NCBI RefSeq assembly: GCF_000150275.1
Contig: NW_002060950.1
Coordinates: 3,057,346 to 3,121,345 of the forward strand
DNA from: Trichoplax adhaerens
Lineage: Eukaryota; Animalia; Placozoa
DNA length: 64,000 nucleotides
Direction of reading: 5' to 3'
Shown: positions 1-14,251 of the stretch, piece after piece
Position numbering within the stretch: the first letter of the stretch is position 1
Layout of the letters: each line of letters opens with the position of its first letter
Translations under genes and position numbers: made by a program
Notes under the pieces: model-generated
What the model was told of the DNA's origin: nothing
The model's input: only the letters and a program-made list of their open reading frames with translations
Database searches by the model: none

Positions 1-3000
1 AAATAAAGTGGAAAAAAAAGTCAAAGATGAAATGATAGCATTAGATCGGCTTCGAGGAGGCTGCTTTTATGCAATGGAAACAGAAATCATGTATGTCCAA
101 TCTATTTTTAATTAACCTTCTGGCTGATGATCATTAAGATTGATAAAGTAAATTGATGTAATTGGCCTTTAGATTTAAGTACGTTATGACAATGTTGCCA
201 AAGGATTTCTTTTAATTTCTGCACTTACAGAAAAGCTTTCGCTAAAGAAAATTTACCATCTGACACTTTAAAGAATTTAAGAACAACTATCAAAGTGAAT
301 AACATCCCAAAAGCAATAGAGCAGGTTTTACCCTAGAATAATAAAGATTTTCAATTCTTAACGACACTATAGCATATAGGTCAAGCTTACTATACTCTCA
401 TCAATATGATACTATTTATTTTACTACTACTAAATCCAGATGGAACTATTGCATTTGTTTGGCCAAGTCGGAAAAGTAGAAGAGCTGTATAGACTAAACC
501 ATGAAGAAGTGTAGGGATTGAATTTATAGTAGTTAATAATCATGTTACTAAATTATATGAAGTCATTTTTGCAATCTTACGTGATACTTTGGGGTTGCAC
601 GTCATCACTTTGATAACCTTTATAGAAGTCTATCTGATGCTTGTTTAAATAATGTCTTTTTATCTTAATGCATTTAATAGATTAATTAGTAATAGCTCTG
701 AAGCATCGATACAAGTACTCGAAATAAAGAATTATTACAGTAATCTAATGCGCTCAGTCAATCTTAGTTATTGAATTTTATAACTTGAAGGATATCAATT
801 TAAGCTGGCGAATTCGAATTTAGAATTTTTCAAGCTCCAGTAAAAAACATTTTCTCAAAATTATTTCCAATCTTTTAGGCTAGTTGCGTATCGTCAGCAA
901 TCGGAAGCGGCTATTGCTATGCTGTGCCTAGAAAACTTTGAAATTATTGATGACAAGCCGATATCACTGGAAATCCATGATAATCCCATGATTGCTGATA
1001 CTATCAATGAAGTAGTTTATAAAGTACGTCAAAAGATTAACACGGAAGATAGAAAGCAGTGGTACGAAGGGACTCAAAAATTTCGATTCAGTAGAGATTC
1101 TCCCCTATCTGCAACGCTTTTAAGTGATTCTGAGAATATGGAAATAGAAGATTGTGAAAGTAAGTCAAGTCGATTGCAAGTAGCAGAAAATGAGCTAATG
1201 GTTAAGCATGAAGACAAAAAAGCTATCTCGCAAGTATCCGAAGATATGCCTGTAGCGAACCTTGAAGGTAAAAAAGGTATTTCTCAAGTATCCGAAGAAG
1301 TGCCAGCAGTGAAGCATGAAGATAAAAAAGATGTTCGAAAAAATGGCCACCAAAATCTGAAAGTACACGAAAATAATGAGAAAACACCAAATGACTACCG
1401 AAACTGCTCCAAAGGTACTGTATATAACCTATTAAGGAAATGAGTCATGCACCAGCAATTTCGGATGATGATGATGAAAGTCCTAAATAATTAATCAGTA
1501 TTTGACAAAGTGGTCAACCGAATTGAATTATTAGGAGTTAAAACTTGGAGTATCCTCTTCGAAATCAAGCAATTTCTAATTTAAATATAACGTAGACAGT
1601 TTAATTCATAGTTACCGTAATAATCGTTTATGTAGAGGGATAGAATCTCTTAGCTGCACCTAATCAAAATAATATGGAAAAATCGAGCCTAAAGTCATTG
1701 ATGTCGTCATAGATCATTCTATCGTTTTCCGAAATTGATATTTATCCTATCATCTGTGGTAATTATAGGTTATGGCGATTTAACTTGCATGGCGGTACAA
1801 TATCGGCTTGCTCAAGAATGTAGTAAAGCGAATGATAAATTAACAGGTGTATCAGCAGATTGTGATCAAATGGGAATAGATTTTTCCGACCAAGTCGATT
1901 CGGAGTCACACGGCAATGTCATAATGGTTCAACAAGAACTTGAAATATCCACTGTTGTGCATTTTCTTATTCAGCAGACTGAGTTAGAAGAAAGATTAAA
2001 GGAAAATGGCTGTGATACCCGTTTCCAGTATACTGATATAAATAATGATAGAAGTATTCGATTGATTGTGCATATGGCCCCTGAAGATCAAGAGCACATC
2101 AGTAAAATGCTATCAAGTTATACTAAATGCTTTATTTGCGATAGCCATAAAGATTTACAACATCAAATATCAACTTTTATAGCTTTAAGTCTTGAAAAGC
2201 AAATGCTAATTAACGAATATCTGCGGTTTAATGACGTTAAAGCTGGTATCATGTCTAATGGTGGCAATCAGTCGGTGTCCATCGTTGCCCTTAACGCAAA
2301 GGCCTATCAGCAAGCTCTCTCTAGTATGAGAGAAATGTTTTGCAGCCAAGTAACCAGAGTCGATATTGATAACCTATTCTCTCGGCCGGATTTCCATATG
2401 TTTATGAATGGATTAAGAAATTCTTTAACTGCAAGTAATGATATTCATCTGGAAGGTGAATGCAGCGACAATTTTAACTTCTGTAAAATTATCGTCACTG
2501 GAAGTCGATGCGATGTTTCTAATGTGGTTAAAATCATTCAATGTAACTTAAATAGTTATAAAGTCATTGATTATATAATTCCGAATGCTCCAACATTATA
2601 CACGAAATATTTGCAATTGTATTTGCCAGAAGAGCTTCAATTGCTGGAACAATTATGCGGCTGTAATGTTCAATTTGAGATGATCAATGAACACTATGCA
2701 AACATATCCATTAAATGTAGTCAAGTATTTTCATCAGTCATTGCTAAGAAGATGAGAGAACTGATTGATAAAAGCAGTGACATAGAAAGCAATGAAATGC
2801 TGCGCGCAAAATTAATGTCTCAGGACATTTTTGGTGATGATGGTAAAGTCAAAGTTTCGCTAAATGAGGAAGAAGATGCAATTGCTACGACTTATGTTCA
2901 ATGCCAAATGTAGGTAGCATAAGTGATTCCCATTAAATTTTGATCGCCATTAAGTCTTTGTTCAAATTTTTAGGTCAGGTTGAAATTTAGATGTTAAAAT

Positions 3001-4678
3001 GAATAATTTCAGTGACGCAAGTAATGCTGCATCATGCAGAATTGCTAAAAATGATATTTTTGTGGCTTTCTAATTATTATGTATAAATTCCAATTAATTC
3101 TAGCGACATCAATCAGCGAGACGAAGAAACCACAATTCGACAAGGCAACGATACTCATAATTTGAACACAATGTCTGAAAACACTTCTCATTGCAATCTT
3201 GAAATGGATCAGTTAAAAGATGAAAAACGAATTTTTGCTGATGTGAATAAAGATAATTGCGAAGAGTGAGTACAGCCGTTTGCAGTTTCACTTAAGAGGA
3301 TTTTAAATGTCAGTAAAAGCACAGCTATACTATTATGAAATTGATAATTCATATGAGATATTTTGACTGAAAAGTATTCAGGCGCATTACATAACCAGAG
3401 TCATGCTCTGATCAGATTTGAAATAGTCATTTGTTACTAATAGGACTACTATAATTCAATACAGACAGCCTAATCAAGCTACTGTTTCGTGCGAGCTCAA
3501 GGAACCAAATAACCAAAGCAGAACTGATGGAGAAAATAGCGAAACCATTTGTACAAGAGAAGCTGCTCAAAGCATCGATGGTAGCCAAGCTGAATTAGGT
3601 AGTTTACAAGATGAAAAAGAAAGCGTATATGCGGTGATATATTATGAACGTGAAAAGTAAGTAGGAAACGGATTAGATTATAGTCAAATATCTAACGGTA
3701 GAGTAAACCTATAAATAATGAAGATTATGTAGCTTATATCTGTCTATATTCATGCTAATTTATTATCGCTAATACTTTGCTATATTTATAATGTGATGTA
3801 AAATAACTGTACTTTTTATATTAGTAATCGAAGTAAGATCAGTTATTCCAAGAAAGATACGAAAGTAAGGGGAAGAAATTATGCTAATTCTGAAACAACC
3901 GAAAATCTTTCGAAAGATAATACCAAAGTAAATCTTTATTCATCGTTATTGGCCCATAATGGTTATAATAGGAGCGATAAAGTCATTAAATTAGTAAAAG
4001 GAAATCTTGAAAAAGAGGGTACTAAAGTACGTACATACAGTGAACTCTGAGTATAAAGCTCATTTAATGATGTTATGAAGGTGATTAATGTCCCTCCAAT
4101 TATTATCATAGGCAGATGCTATCATTAACTTCATAAAATTGAAAAAATATCACATTGGGGAAATTGGAAAGGTATTACATCGCATTGGCGGGCTCGAGTA
4201 CCGTTTTGATTCCCATCAAAATTTAAAACATCTTACTATTGATGAAATTGGAACCAGTAAGGGTTGTTATTTTGGCTGCAAGAGAGTTTACCATATTCCA
4301 TCTTTAGGCTTCAATCACTCGATATCGGTAAAGTATAGAAAATAATTATGATGCCTTATGTTTAACGAAACACTTGTTTAATATCACTAATAGCCGATCG
4401 TAAATTTTTAGTGGTTCATTGATCGAATTGAGAATTGCTTGGAAAAAGCCCATACAGACTCGATGAATTCCATAGCAATACCAATGTATGGCAGTCCTGT
4501 GTTTTGTTCTGATATCAACAACCTATCTCAAGAAATAGTCATGATTATTTCCAAATTTTATGAAAAATATCAGCAAATGTCGCCATTACAATCTATCCAT
4601 CTTATTATTCCACCCAGTAAATTAGACTGCTATGAGGCTGTAAAGTCTGTGATAATGTCTTTTGAGTTGCTTGTTTAA
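1..4678 (+). CDS. PARP14-family paralog A, 5'-incomplete: RRM(s), KH-like region and a single macrodomain; no WWE or ART domain
   Basis: Predicted exons <1-90, 231-324, 440-510, 879-1414, 1769-2909, 3465-3656, 3825-4026, 4112-4327, 4412-4678, all GT-AG with compatible phases. RRM-like sequence: TTIKVNNIP..LLHLFGQVGKVE..LVAYRQQSEAAIAMLCLENFEII. Macrodomain: IKLVKGNL..ADAIINF..YFGCKRVYHIP..SIAIPMYGS..LQSIHLII. Several exon lengths match paralogs (94, 71, 192, 216 nt). AATAAA at 4797-4802. Confidence 0.8.
1177..1332 (+). repeat. Coding tandem repeat, 3 x 54 bp (18 aa), in the linker of paralog A
   Basis: Units start at 1177, 1231 and 1285: QVAENELMVKHEDKKAIS / QVSEDMPVANLEGKKGIS / QVSEEVPAVKHEDKKDV. 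Confidence 0.85.
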
Positions 4679-7600
4679 TCGTCGAGATGATTTAGTACCG
4701 ATTAGTGACTGACTTATTGGTAAACATGCAGTGATATTATGAATGAGTAGTGAAATATAGTTCTAACTTTGATGCAGTACATAAAATACTTACTTTAATA
4801 AACATCTATGAATTTGATCAACTTCTAAGAAATCAGATTTAGCAGGTGTACAGTGTTTTCAATTAATGCGATGCTTTGCAACTGTAATTGCTGCTGATTG
4901 CACATTATGTTTTATCGAAATGCTATCAGGATTGAACTATAGCAATTTCCAATAGAACTACTTGACTATTAGAGCTTAATTCAGTTTTAAACTCTTTACG
5001 AATTGAATCATTGACCTAATCATGACCTTCTTACAATAATATATCGTTACTAATTGATATGCTAGATCTAGTTAATAAATTTTGAAGTTTAGAGGAGCGA
5101 ATATAGTTTACTCTGTTTGCAGGTTCTATTTTTCAAAACATAGTTATAATGAGATGATAGAGTTACGTAATTATCTGGTTAGACTAGGATGCAACTAAAA
5201 TTTCTAAGTAGTTATTTTTAATGTCTTATTTCCATGAGTGCCAATCAGTAAGTAAATTTGAAGCATATCATGGTTAATTCGACGACTGGTGTTTAAATTG
5301 AATAAAAGACAAATTCTCTTATAAATGCAAGAATTAATAAACTGATGTTGCCACAGAATACTTTCTGGCAAGTTTGCTCGTCTATCGTAAAGCACTTATT
5401 TTCAGTTGTTTCTATTGATTACTACCCTAGTCTGCCTAAAGAACTAGTAAGAATATAGCGCTGCTACTATAACACCTAAGAACTACCCTTCTGAAAGGTT
5501 CACAACCAACTATAATGCTAAAATACTCAGTATAACAATACTTCCTTAAACTCTATAATTTAGGTAATATCATTCCGTAATAGATGTGTTTTTCTTCTAT
5601 ATTGTAAGTTGAATATGGTTTAGCCACTGCAGAAGTATTGTAGAATGTTTTATAATTTCATATAGAAATTGATCATTTGTTCATTGAAATAAAAGTAAGC
5701 ATATACTAGTATTGAACAGTTGTCTCTTAAACCATTCTTAGTTGTTATCCTATCTTGCCTTTGATAAATAGTTGAAAGAAATCAAAATTGCATCATCAAA
5801 GAAGGAGCTATCCCAACGTAAATAAGAGCAGTGCTTACACGTAGATACTCATAGCTTGATTGATTAGACTAAACTGGCAATGGAATAACTCGACTATTTT
5901 TCATACGTTTATTATCATACGATGTCGTAATACTTTTAATTACTAACATCCTAGAATAGACAGTGCTGGTAGCAGTATTAATTCGCAGCTTGGACGACGT
6001 TAATTTAAAGAAAATTTTTGAAATCAATTTTTAAACATCGTAAAAAATTGTATATGGAACGTGAGTTATGGATAGACTGCCTATTTCATTTACATCTCAA
6101 TAGCATTCAAGTTGTTCAACATTGGTATTCACGTTTGTCAGAACCAGTATATGATTGCTAGCATATTTGACTTTAAAAAGTTACTTTTACATTAGTATCG
6201 TTGCTTTTGAAGTCATAATTCTTATATCATTTCGCGATATAAGAAAAAGTTGTTTTTTTATTAAGAATTGAAGGAAATATTATTATCATGCTAGTCTTAA
6301 TTTTGTGATTCATCTTTTAACTAATGTTGATTTTGCATTAAATCAATGTAAAATTTGAAAACAATGATATCATAAAATACATTCTATTCGTAATAGAATT
6401 AAAATTAGAATTACTTAATTAGTCATTACGTCTTTCATAACTAAGCTATAATTACAATTCATCAATTATCAATAATGCTATCTCTATTACTTGTTTAAAC
6501 TTATGATATATCTACTTCATCTATTCGTTATTGTGAATCTTAGCTGAGTTACGGATGTAGAGTAGTCTTGTAGTCTTTGATCTATCGAAAGTAGTAACTT
6601 TACAGTACAGAATTCTCCTAGTTTTAAGAGCATTGATACTAAATGCTTACAGTAGGGGACATAATAATTAATTTTTTTTCCAGGAGTAATCAGAATATAC
6701 CGAAACATTTACATTACTATTACGATTTTACTCTCGAAGAATTATAGTAATAGAAGAAGTTCTTCTAAGTAAAATTACTTAGAAGCTATAGCATTGTAGG
6801 TAAGCGAAGGTTGTTATTTTATTAAGGTTATCCTGGCGGTCAATATTTACAACATTATTCTATAATTATTTAATTTTAGAATGTAAACTGTATTTACAGT
6901 AAATAAGTAGGGGAAATTTGCCTTCTTTAGTGAAATAGTGATAGACACTTTGAGTAGACGGCGAAATTTAAGGTACCCAATAAATTTGTAGCGCTTACAA
7001 TTCGAATGATCTATCCAGCTCAATTTTTAAGCTTCATGAATTAATCATGAAATTGATCAATTATACAAAACTTCTGCTCCATTCGAAAGTACGAAGTATT
7101 TGCTCAAGATCGTCGAGAGGTATAATTTTAATTCGAAATGCAGACTAAAAGCCTATATTAATTTCATAATATCATAACTTCTGTAATGCCTAAATAGCAC
7201 GATCAATCGGAGCTATTCAAACCTAAATTGACTGATTAGGCCTTATTTTTAGTAATTGTTATGGTAATCATGATAAATCGCCTACCCTATAACTAGTCTT
7301 ACCCTGAAAAACTATTCTCAATCAGCCTCATAATCTTCTCTGTCACAATTTGAGGTACTACCCATTCTATTCATTTGGTGCACAAATAATACAATGCTGC
7401 ATATGGTGTGATATCAAACAAAAGTGCCAATATAAATGTGACAAAAGTGATTGGGGCTCGATTAGCCTTAATTATTATTGTAAAAAAGATTCTATTTACA
7501 CAGACTGGCTACTCGAAAAATGAGTACAATATCTTTCTATTCGGTAAGAACGAGTTCAAGGAGTTACTTAATGTAGACCTTAGAGGTAATTGTAATTCTT

Positions 7601-8877
7601 ATATAGAGTAGTCTTAAAAGCACGCATACTGCATAAGGTGGAGTCTAAATTGGGTTAAAAAAAACCTATTTCGATTGTTGGACCAACCCATAGACTCTAT
7701 TTAAGAGCACAACTAGCCAGTCAGTATCAAAGGCCATCAAAAATAAAAAAGCCCCATGCAAATTTATGCACGCTGCAGGGGTTATAGTATTCAAAGCCTG
7801 TTTAGAACTTGATAAAAAACTCAATCTAACGATTCCTAATGATTCCCTTAGCTTAAGCTGAGTTATCGTTACGCTATTTTTCATCCGTAAATTATTTTTT
7901 CTTAATGTACAATTTCTAAAATTGCTAACCTTTTAAGATTGAAATCAAGATTTAACGCCATCTTCAATATTGGTAAATGGCTTTCCCAAGATTTGCCTTT
8001 ACTCAGCCGTCGAATCCACGGTAGTGTTGCGTGCATAAGATTGCTATAACTAATCAATCCAATCTTGTAGAATATTTAAATTGTTTCGAAAGTTTTTCAG
8101 CTAGAATACGTTAGAAATGATGATGTTGAATTATAGCACATAAAGTATTTATATTCCATCAAATCTCTAATAGTCTCCTGGAGCTACAGCCAGCTTACAA
8201 GTTATGCTTTCCATGATTATACTGTATACATATGTTTAGACAGTATTACTGTGGCTTTTAGCAGTACATATTCAGATGCGAAAGATTGCTTATTATAACA
8301 GTGCATTTATTATCAATTTGTTAGTAGTCAGATTACTTTTAACCCCTGCAACGCTTAGTACTATCCTTAAAGACTGCTTCATACTCACTCAATGGCGTAA
8401 ATATTTCAAAAACTTCTTATTTTCTCATACATTATAGACTACCACCAAATCATTGCTTGTACGTTTGTGGAATTGAATCTAGTGTTCTTGAGGTAATGTG
8501 GTATTAAAAATAGACTCAGATGATGATACTTGATGAATTGCTCTACTATATTAATTTATGTCATCAATTTGACAAGTTACGAGTATGAGAGTATCTATAC
8601 TAAGAGTTTTAATTCACTCTTTCCTTCAAATTAATTCAGTTAATCGACTATAATAAAGTGAACCATCTTTCTTATGTTGGTAGTTTCTGTTCAAATTTAT
8701 TAACGATTACTTTCGATAAAGTTTCAATGCCTTGCACTTACCGCTGTAAAGTAGAAGGTAGCTTTGCAAAAAGTGATGTTATGTAATAAAAAAAAAATGG
8801 AAGCAATTTTGTTACCGATCAATTTCAAATGCCCTCATAAATTTATTATATTCAAACACATTGATTAATATCTTTAG

Positions 8878-11800
8878 GCATTTGAATATGAAGTCTGTAA
8901 AATTATAAATCGAGCCCAAATTATATTTTATCACTATATTGGCATTGGAAAAGAAAATTGGCGATTTGCGTAAGCATAGTGTATAAAATTTAGTAGTTAA
9001 ATAATTTTAAAAGTTTTATTATCACTTCAAGTCGTACATATTGCTGTACTAACAAATTGAGATAATGATATATAATAAACTAATGTTATCCGATGGTTTA
9101 ATCGCCGGTTTAACCAGAATTTAATAATATTCAAAGTCGGGATCAACGATCTAGAAATAGTCTTGTGTGCGATTATATACCTTACCAGAATTAAAATTGA
9201 TTCTGTTTTACATAGAATGTTGTACTGAAAGAGCTGCTTGGCACTACAAGTATTCATATATATTGCACGTTTTCTTTTATCTGGAAATAGACAAATACTG
9301 GTAGAAGAAAGAAACCAAGTCATCCAGTTGAACATAAATTTGAGAGGAATCAAAGTTGGAAAAAGCAAGTTAGGTTTAACTGTTTATTTACCGCCAGAAT
9401 TGCCCCTAAATATCAGAAATGGCATGGAAAAGATAGTTTATGATCAAATGAAAGCCTTAGGATTGCGTAGATCTGGTTGTATGTATGATACGGAAACACA
9501 AAATAGGTGAGTTTTAACTTTCATCTACTCTAGAGTACCAATTTTGCAAGTTAGGCTATATACTTAATCGGTTGATACAGGAATATTCTAATTTGAAACA
9601 CCATTCGTCATCTCTATATTAAGAATAAATGAAGTCAAAGAAGCCAAAAAAGCTTTTTCAGACGATGAATTAAAAGAGTTGACCGAATTAAGAACGCTTG
9701 TCAGAGTCATTAATATACCAGAGGCAATAGCACAAGTTTGTAAAAATTCTTGCATGATGGAATTTCGAATACTTAGAAATACTACATTACGCCTAAATTG
9801 AGAATGTTTCATAATTACATGTCATTTATTTTCTTCCTTTAGATAGAATTAATGCACATCTTTAGCCAAGTTGGAAGAGTAGATGATCTCATTAGGGCAA
9901 GATCCGGCGAAGTGTAAGAAGTTGATTGATAAAAGCTTTTAATCAAATTGTAGATCGTTGCTGATTTGCTCTGCTCTCCTACATGATGATTGAGGACATG
10001 TAGTGTATTATGATCTGTACTGAAGTTTATAGGATGTGTATTTCATAGCATAATCTGTACTAGGTTTGCAAACTTAATGTAATCGAGGTTATAGCTTTGC
10101 AAAGAGCTGGTTTCTTGGATGTTCGATATTAATATAATTTCACCTAGAACTGTTACAGTAATTGTTAACTTTACAGCAATACAAGTATGTAAGACTGATT
10201 TTGTCCTTAAGATTAAAATCACAATTAGTGTATATTTACATTGCCCGTAACAAGTATACTGTATACTGTAGTGAATTGATCATGCACAAACGGCTTGGAT
10301 CTGCAATTAAAAATTATCATTACATCATTTTTCAACTATGCAGAATCGTAGTGTACCGACGGCAATGGGGTGCCGTTATGGCCATGTTGTGTCTGAATAA
10401 GTATAATATTATCAAGGGCAAACGAATAACATTAGAAATACATGAGAAGCCTAATATTGTAACTTTGATCAATAAAGTTATTTGCAGCGTGCAACAAAAA
10501 CTTAAAAGTAATCGTCGAGACCAATGGCTCTTAGCGACTAAAACACGTCGTTGGACTCGAGATTCTTCGTTATCCTCTATTCAATCTGGTGATCTTAGAA
10601 AGGATAAATCCACGGATTTCGTAAATAAGTCGAATGTCTTCCAAGTTTCTGGCGATAACAATAACACTGAAAATACTGAGAAATCTAAAGATTGCAATTC
10701 AAAAACACAAGAAAACAGTAAGGAACTCTCTAGCCTCATTAGCAATGACATTATAGACATATCAATTTTTAAAGCATAAGGTGAAATATTTCAAGTTTCT
10801 TTCTGGCAATTTCTTAAAAGGCTATTTTGAGTATTGTACTCTCTCGTGATTATAAGATCTGAATTATTAGAACAATTATGATGTATATCATTACATATAG
10901 TTGTGTATTATGCAATTTTTATAACATTTGTTGTAGTCAAAGCATTTTTAAATAGTAATTCCTAAGTTTTGATATTGATCCAGCCATATATCTGTCAACG
11001 TAATTTTAGGTCAAGATGATAAATTAACTACCATGAAGGTAAAGCCTCAAAGTGCTGAAGAATATAGGGAAGCTAATAGCCAATTTCCAGTTGTATCTCC
11101 AACGGATAATATAGACTCAAGAATTTCTGATCCAATCAAATCAGAATCAATGAACAAAGGATTAAGGGTTAAACTAGAAATCGAGTTATCTACTGCGGCT
11201 CATTTTCTCATTCAAGAGACTAAGTTAGAAGAATCGTTGCAGCAATATGGTTACGATGTCTATTTCCAATATATCCACATTGAAGGAAATTTTCGATTAA
11301 TCGTTCACATGCCCTCTAAAGATCAAGGGTATATTGGGAAAATGTTATCCAGTTATACTAACTGCATTATTAGCAATAGCAGTCAAAATCTGCCTCATCC
11401 TTTATCCACTTTTATTGCTCGTCATGATGAGAAGCAGGTACTAACTAATAAGCATCTGCGATTTAATGGTATCAAAGCTGGAATTATGCGTCATGGTGAT
11501 AGTCTATCGGTATCTGTTGTTGCCTTAGACGCAAAAGCCCATCATCTAGCTATTTCTTTATTGAGAGAAATGTTTTGCTGCCAGTCGACCACAGTCAATG
11601 TTGATGGCCTATTCGTTAGATCCGATTTTCATATATTTATGCATGGATTAAGAAATCATTTAGCTGGAAACTATGATATTTATCTGGAAAGCGTATACAG
11701 TAATAATTTTGATTCATGTAAGATTCTCGTCGCTGGAAAACGAGCTGATGTTTCTAACGCAACCCACATTATTCAGAACCATTTAGATAAATATAAAGTC

Positions 11801-13837
11801 GTTGAATACGTAATACCTCATGTTCACTTAATAAATGCAATAAATCAGCAATTGTATTGGCGAGAAGATCTCCAATTACTAGAAAAAGCGTACGGTTGCA
11901 ATATTCAAATTGAGAAGACCACTAATAAGGAAGCGAATATTTTAATTAAATGTAGTCAAGTTTATGCAACAAATATTTATCAAAAGATGGAAGAACTTAT
12001 TCAAAGAAGTTCAGAGGTAGAAATAAGTGAAGTTTTGAATAAAAAAATAACATTAAAAAATATTTCTGGTCGCAATTTCGAAATGGATCGTACACAAGAC
12101 AAACATGAAAATTTAATTACCGCATTACCCAACGAATGTGAACGGTTGGTAGCTCACAGTTGCATTTGTTACGTTTAGTTATAGATGTTGACTTGTCGAC
12201 ATATTTTATAGTACGAATTGAGATTTTTGCTGTTCAATGAATCTAATTAGTCAAGTAAACGATACTATACGTATATAATGCTAAAGTACATTTTTAAAAG
12301 TGCTAATTTAAAAGATGAAAAACTCAAAATTTTGTTGCTATGATCAATAGTAGCCATATCGAGTGGGAACTTCGCTTGCAGTTTAACCTTAGAAATGCTG
12401 GATGCTAGCAATAGCCGTAGTTTATATTAAATGTTACTATACCGTAAAAGAAGTATGTGGACTAAATATTATGCGATTGAATTGCTAGAATAAACCCCAG
12501 TTCTTCTTCAATTGGGACAGTGAGTCAATATTTATCAATTTTTTTTCAATCGAACGTAGAAAACTCTGTATAGCTACTGCTTCATACAATATCAAGGAAT
12601 CAATTAACCAGAATCGAGCTAATGAAGGAGGTAGCGAAACGAAGTTTGAAAGTGAAATAGGTCAAAACATGGTTGATGGCAAAGTTAACCTGGATACTTT
12701 ACAAGATGAAAAAGAAAGTACCTTCATTCTAACATGCGATGATTGTAACAAGTAAGTAGGGTATCGCTAATCTTAGTCCATAATTAGCAATAAATTATTC
12801 CATCAATAATAAGAAATAGTTATCTATTAGCGTTAATTTTATAGTATACTTATAATATATATATAATTGGAGGAAGACAACCGTACATCCACTTAATATT
12901 CGATTTTGAGAAGTCAACAGGATATCGCTAATTTCCGCTAATAATTAATCAATGATGTATAGTGCCTATGGATAGACAAAAAATAGTTATATGCAACATG
13001 AGGAAAACATTATTATTCTGTGTTTTGGCAATTGAAGTAGGATCACTTATTGTCAGGAGGGTACAAATTCTAAAACAACCGAAAATCCTTCTCAAGTTAA
13101 TCCTGCAGTACATGTTTCTTCTCTATCATCGGCTACTAATGACCATGATAAAATCTCAAAAATTATTAAATTAGTAAAAGGAAAGGTTGAAAAAGAGGGT
13201 ATTGAAGTATGTATGATGAAGTAAATTTCAAGAGTAGCGTTCATTTAATGATTACTGTCTATGCAATCATTCTTAGGCACAAGCTATCGTTAACTACGTA
13301 AAACTGGAAAAGCACCATAAAGGAGAAATTGGAAAGGCATTACATCGCCTTGGTGGATTCCAGTATCAGCTTGATTACTACCAAAATTTGCAACGTCTGA
13401 CTGTGGATGAAATTGGAATTACTAAAGGAACTTACTTTGGCTGCAAGAAGGTTTATCATATTCGGTTTTTAAGCTCCAATCAGCCAATATCGGTAAGACC
13501 CTAGGAAATATATTTCGTAATTTAAGTTCATATATTAATTTTGTTTACAACCGATTGTAAATTTTAGTGGCTCATTGATCGAATCAAAAAATGCCTTGAG
13601 AAAGCCCATTCAGATTCGATAAACTCGATAGCAATCCCCATGTATGGTAGTCCTGAATTTAGTACTAATATTGACGAATTATCTCAAGAAATGGTCAAGG
13701 TTATTTCAAAATTTTATGACGAACATAAGCAACTAACACTTGTGAAATCTATACATCTAATTATTCAACCTAGCGACTTAAAATGTTATGACATTTTTAA
13801 ATCTGTGTTAATGTCTTTCGAGTTGCCCGTAATTTAA
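8878..13837 (+). CDS. PARP14-family paralog B (start exon not located): RRM-RRM, KH-like region and a single macrodomain; no WWE or ART domain
   Basis: Predicted exons 8878-8969 (tentative), 9291-9506, 9624-9735, 9843-9913, 10344-10717, 11010-12144, 12560-12751, 13038/13041-13206, 13277-13492, 13568-13837. Colinear with A, e.g. FHIFMHGLRN vs FHMFMNGLRN, YFGCKKVYHI and SIAIPMYGSP. First RRM-like segment: WRFAQILVEE..LNINLRGIKVGKSKLGLTV. AATAAA at 13930-13935. Confidence 0.8.
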
Positions 13838-14162
13838 TTCTGAATATGAATTTGTATGAGTACTTTCAAGGCATAGCGATGGACTCCATTGCTAGCTAGC
13901 CAACTATTCACTATTTAGATAGCAACAAAAATAAATTCAGTTTTAATTTTTATGCTGTGGTTATTCAGGAAATTCTCAGATAATTTCAATGTCTATGATT
14001 AGATTAGCTGCGACTACTTTATTTTATTTTCTGTACTATAAATGTTAAGAAACCCTGATTTTCGACACTTTACGCTCAAAATATGATCAGAACTGAGTCA
14101 AATTGGGCTATAATATCTCATGTACCTGTCTAAACTACATATTAAACTGATCTACACTAAAA

Positions 14163-14251
14163 CAGGGACTCCTACTGGAAAAATTTGAATTGCAAAAAAT
14201 CAAAAGTTAAACATTTGCTATTCGTTGAAATTTTACCGGCAGGAGTTCCTG
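14163..14251. repeat. Imperfect inverted repeat / possible MITE remnant
   Basis: cagggactcctactggaaaaattt (14163) and aaattttaccggcaggagttcctg (ends 14251) are 20/24 complementary. Inner gaattgcaaa/tttgctattc also pair. No target-site duplication seen. Confidence 0.55.

Noticed and set aside
4800-8800. Several 60-72 aa ORFs between A and B
   Set aside because: Compositionally random AT-rich ORFs. The first exon(s) of B probably lie near 8.4-8.8 kb but could not be fixed.
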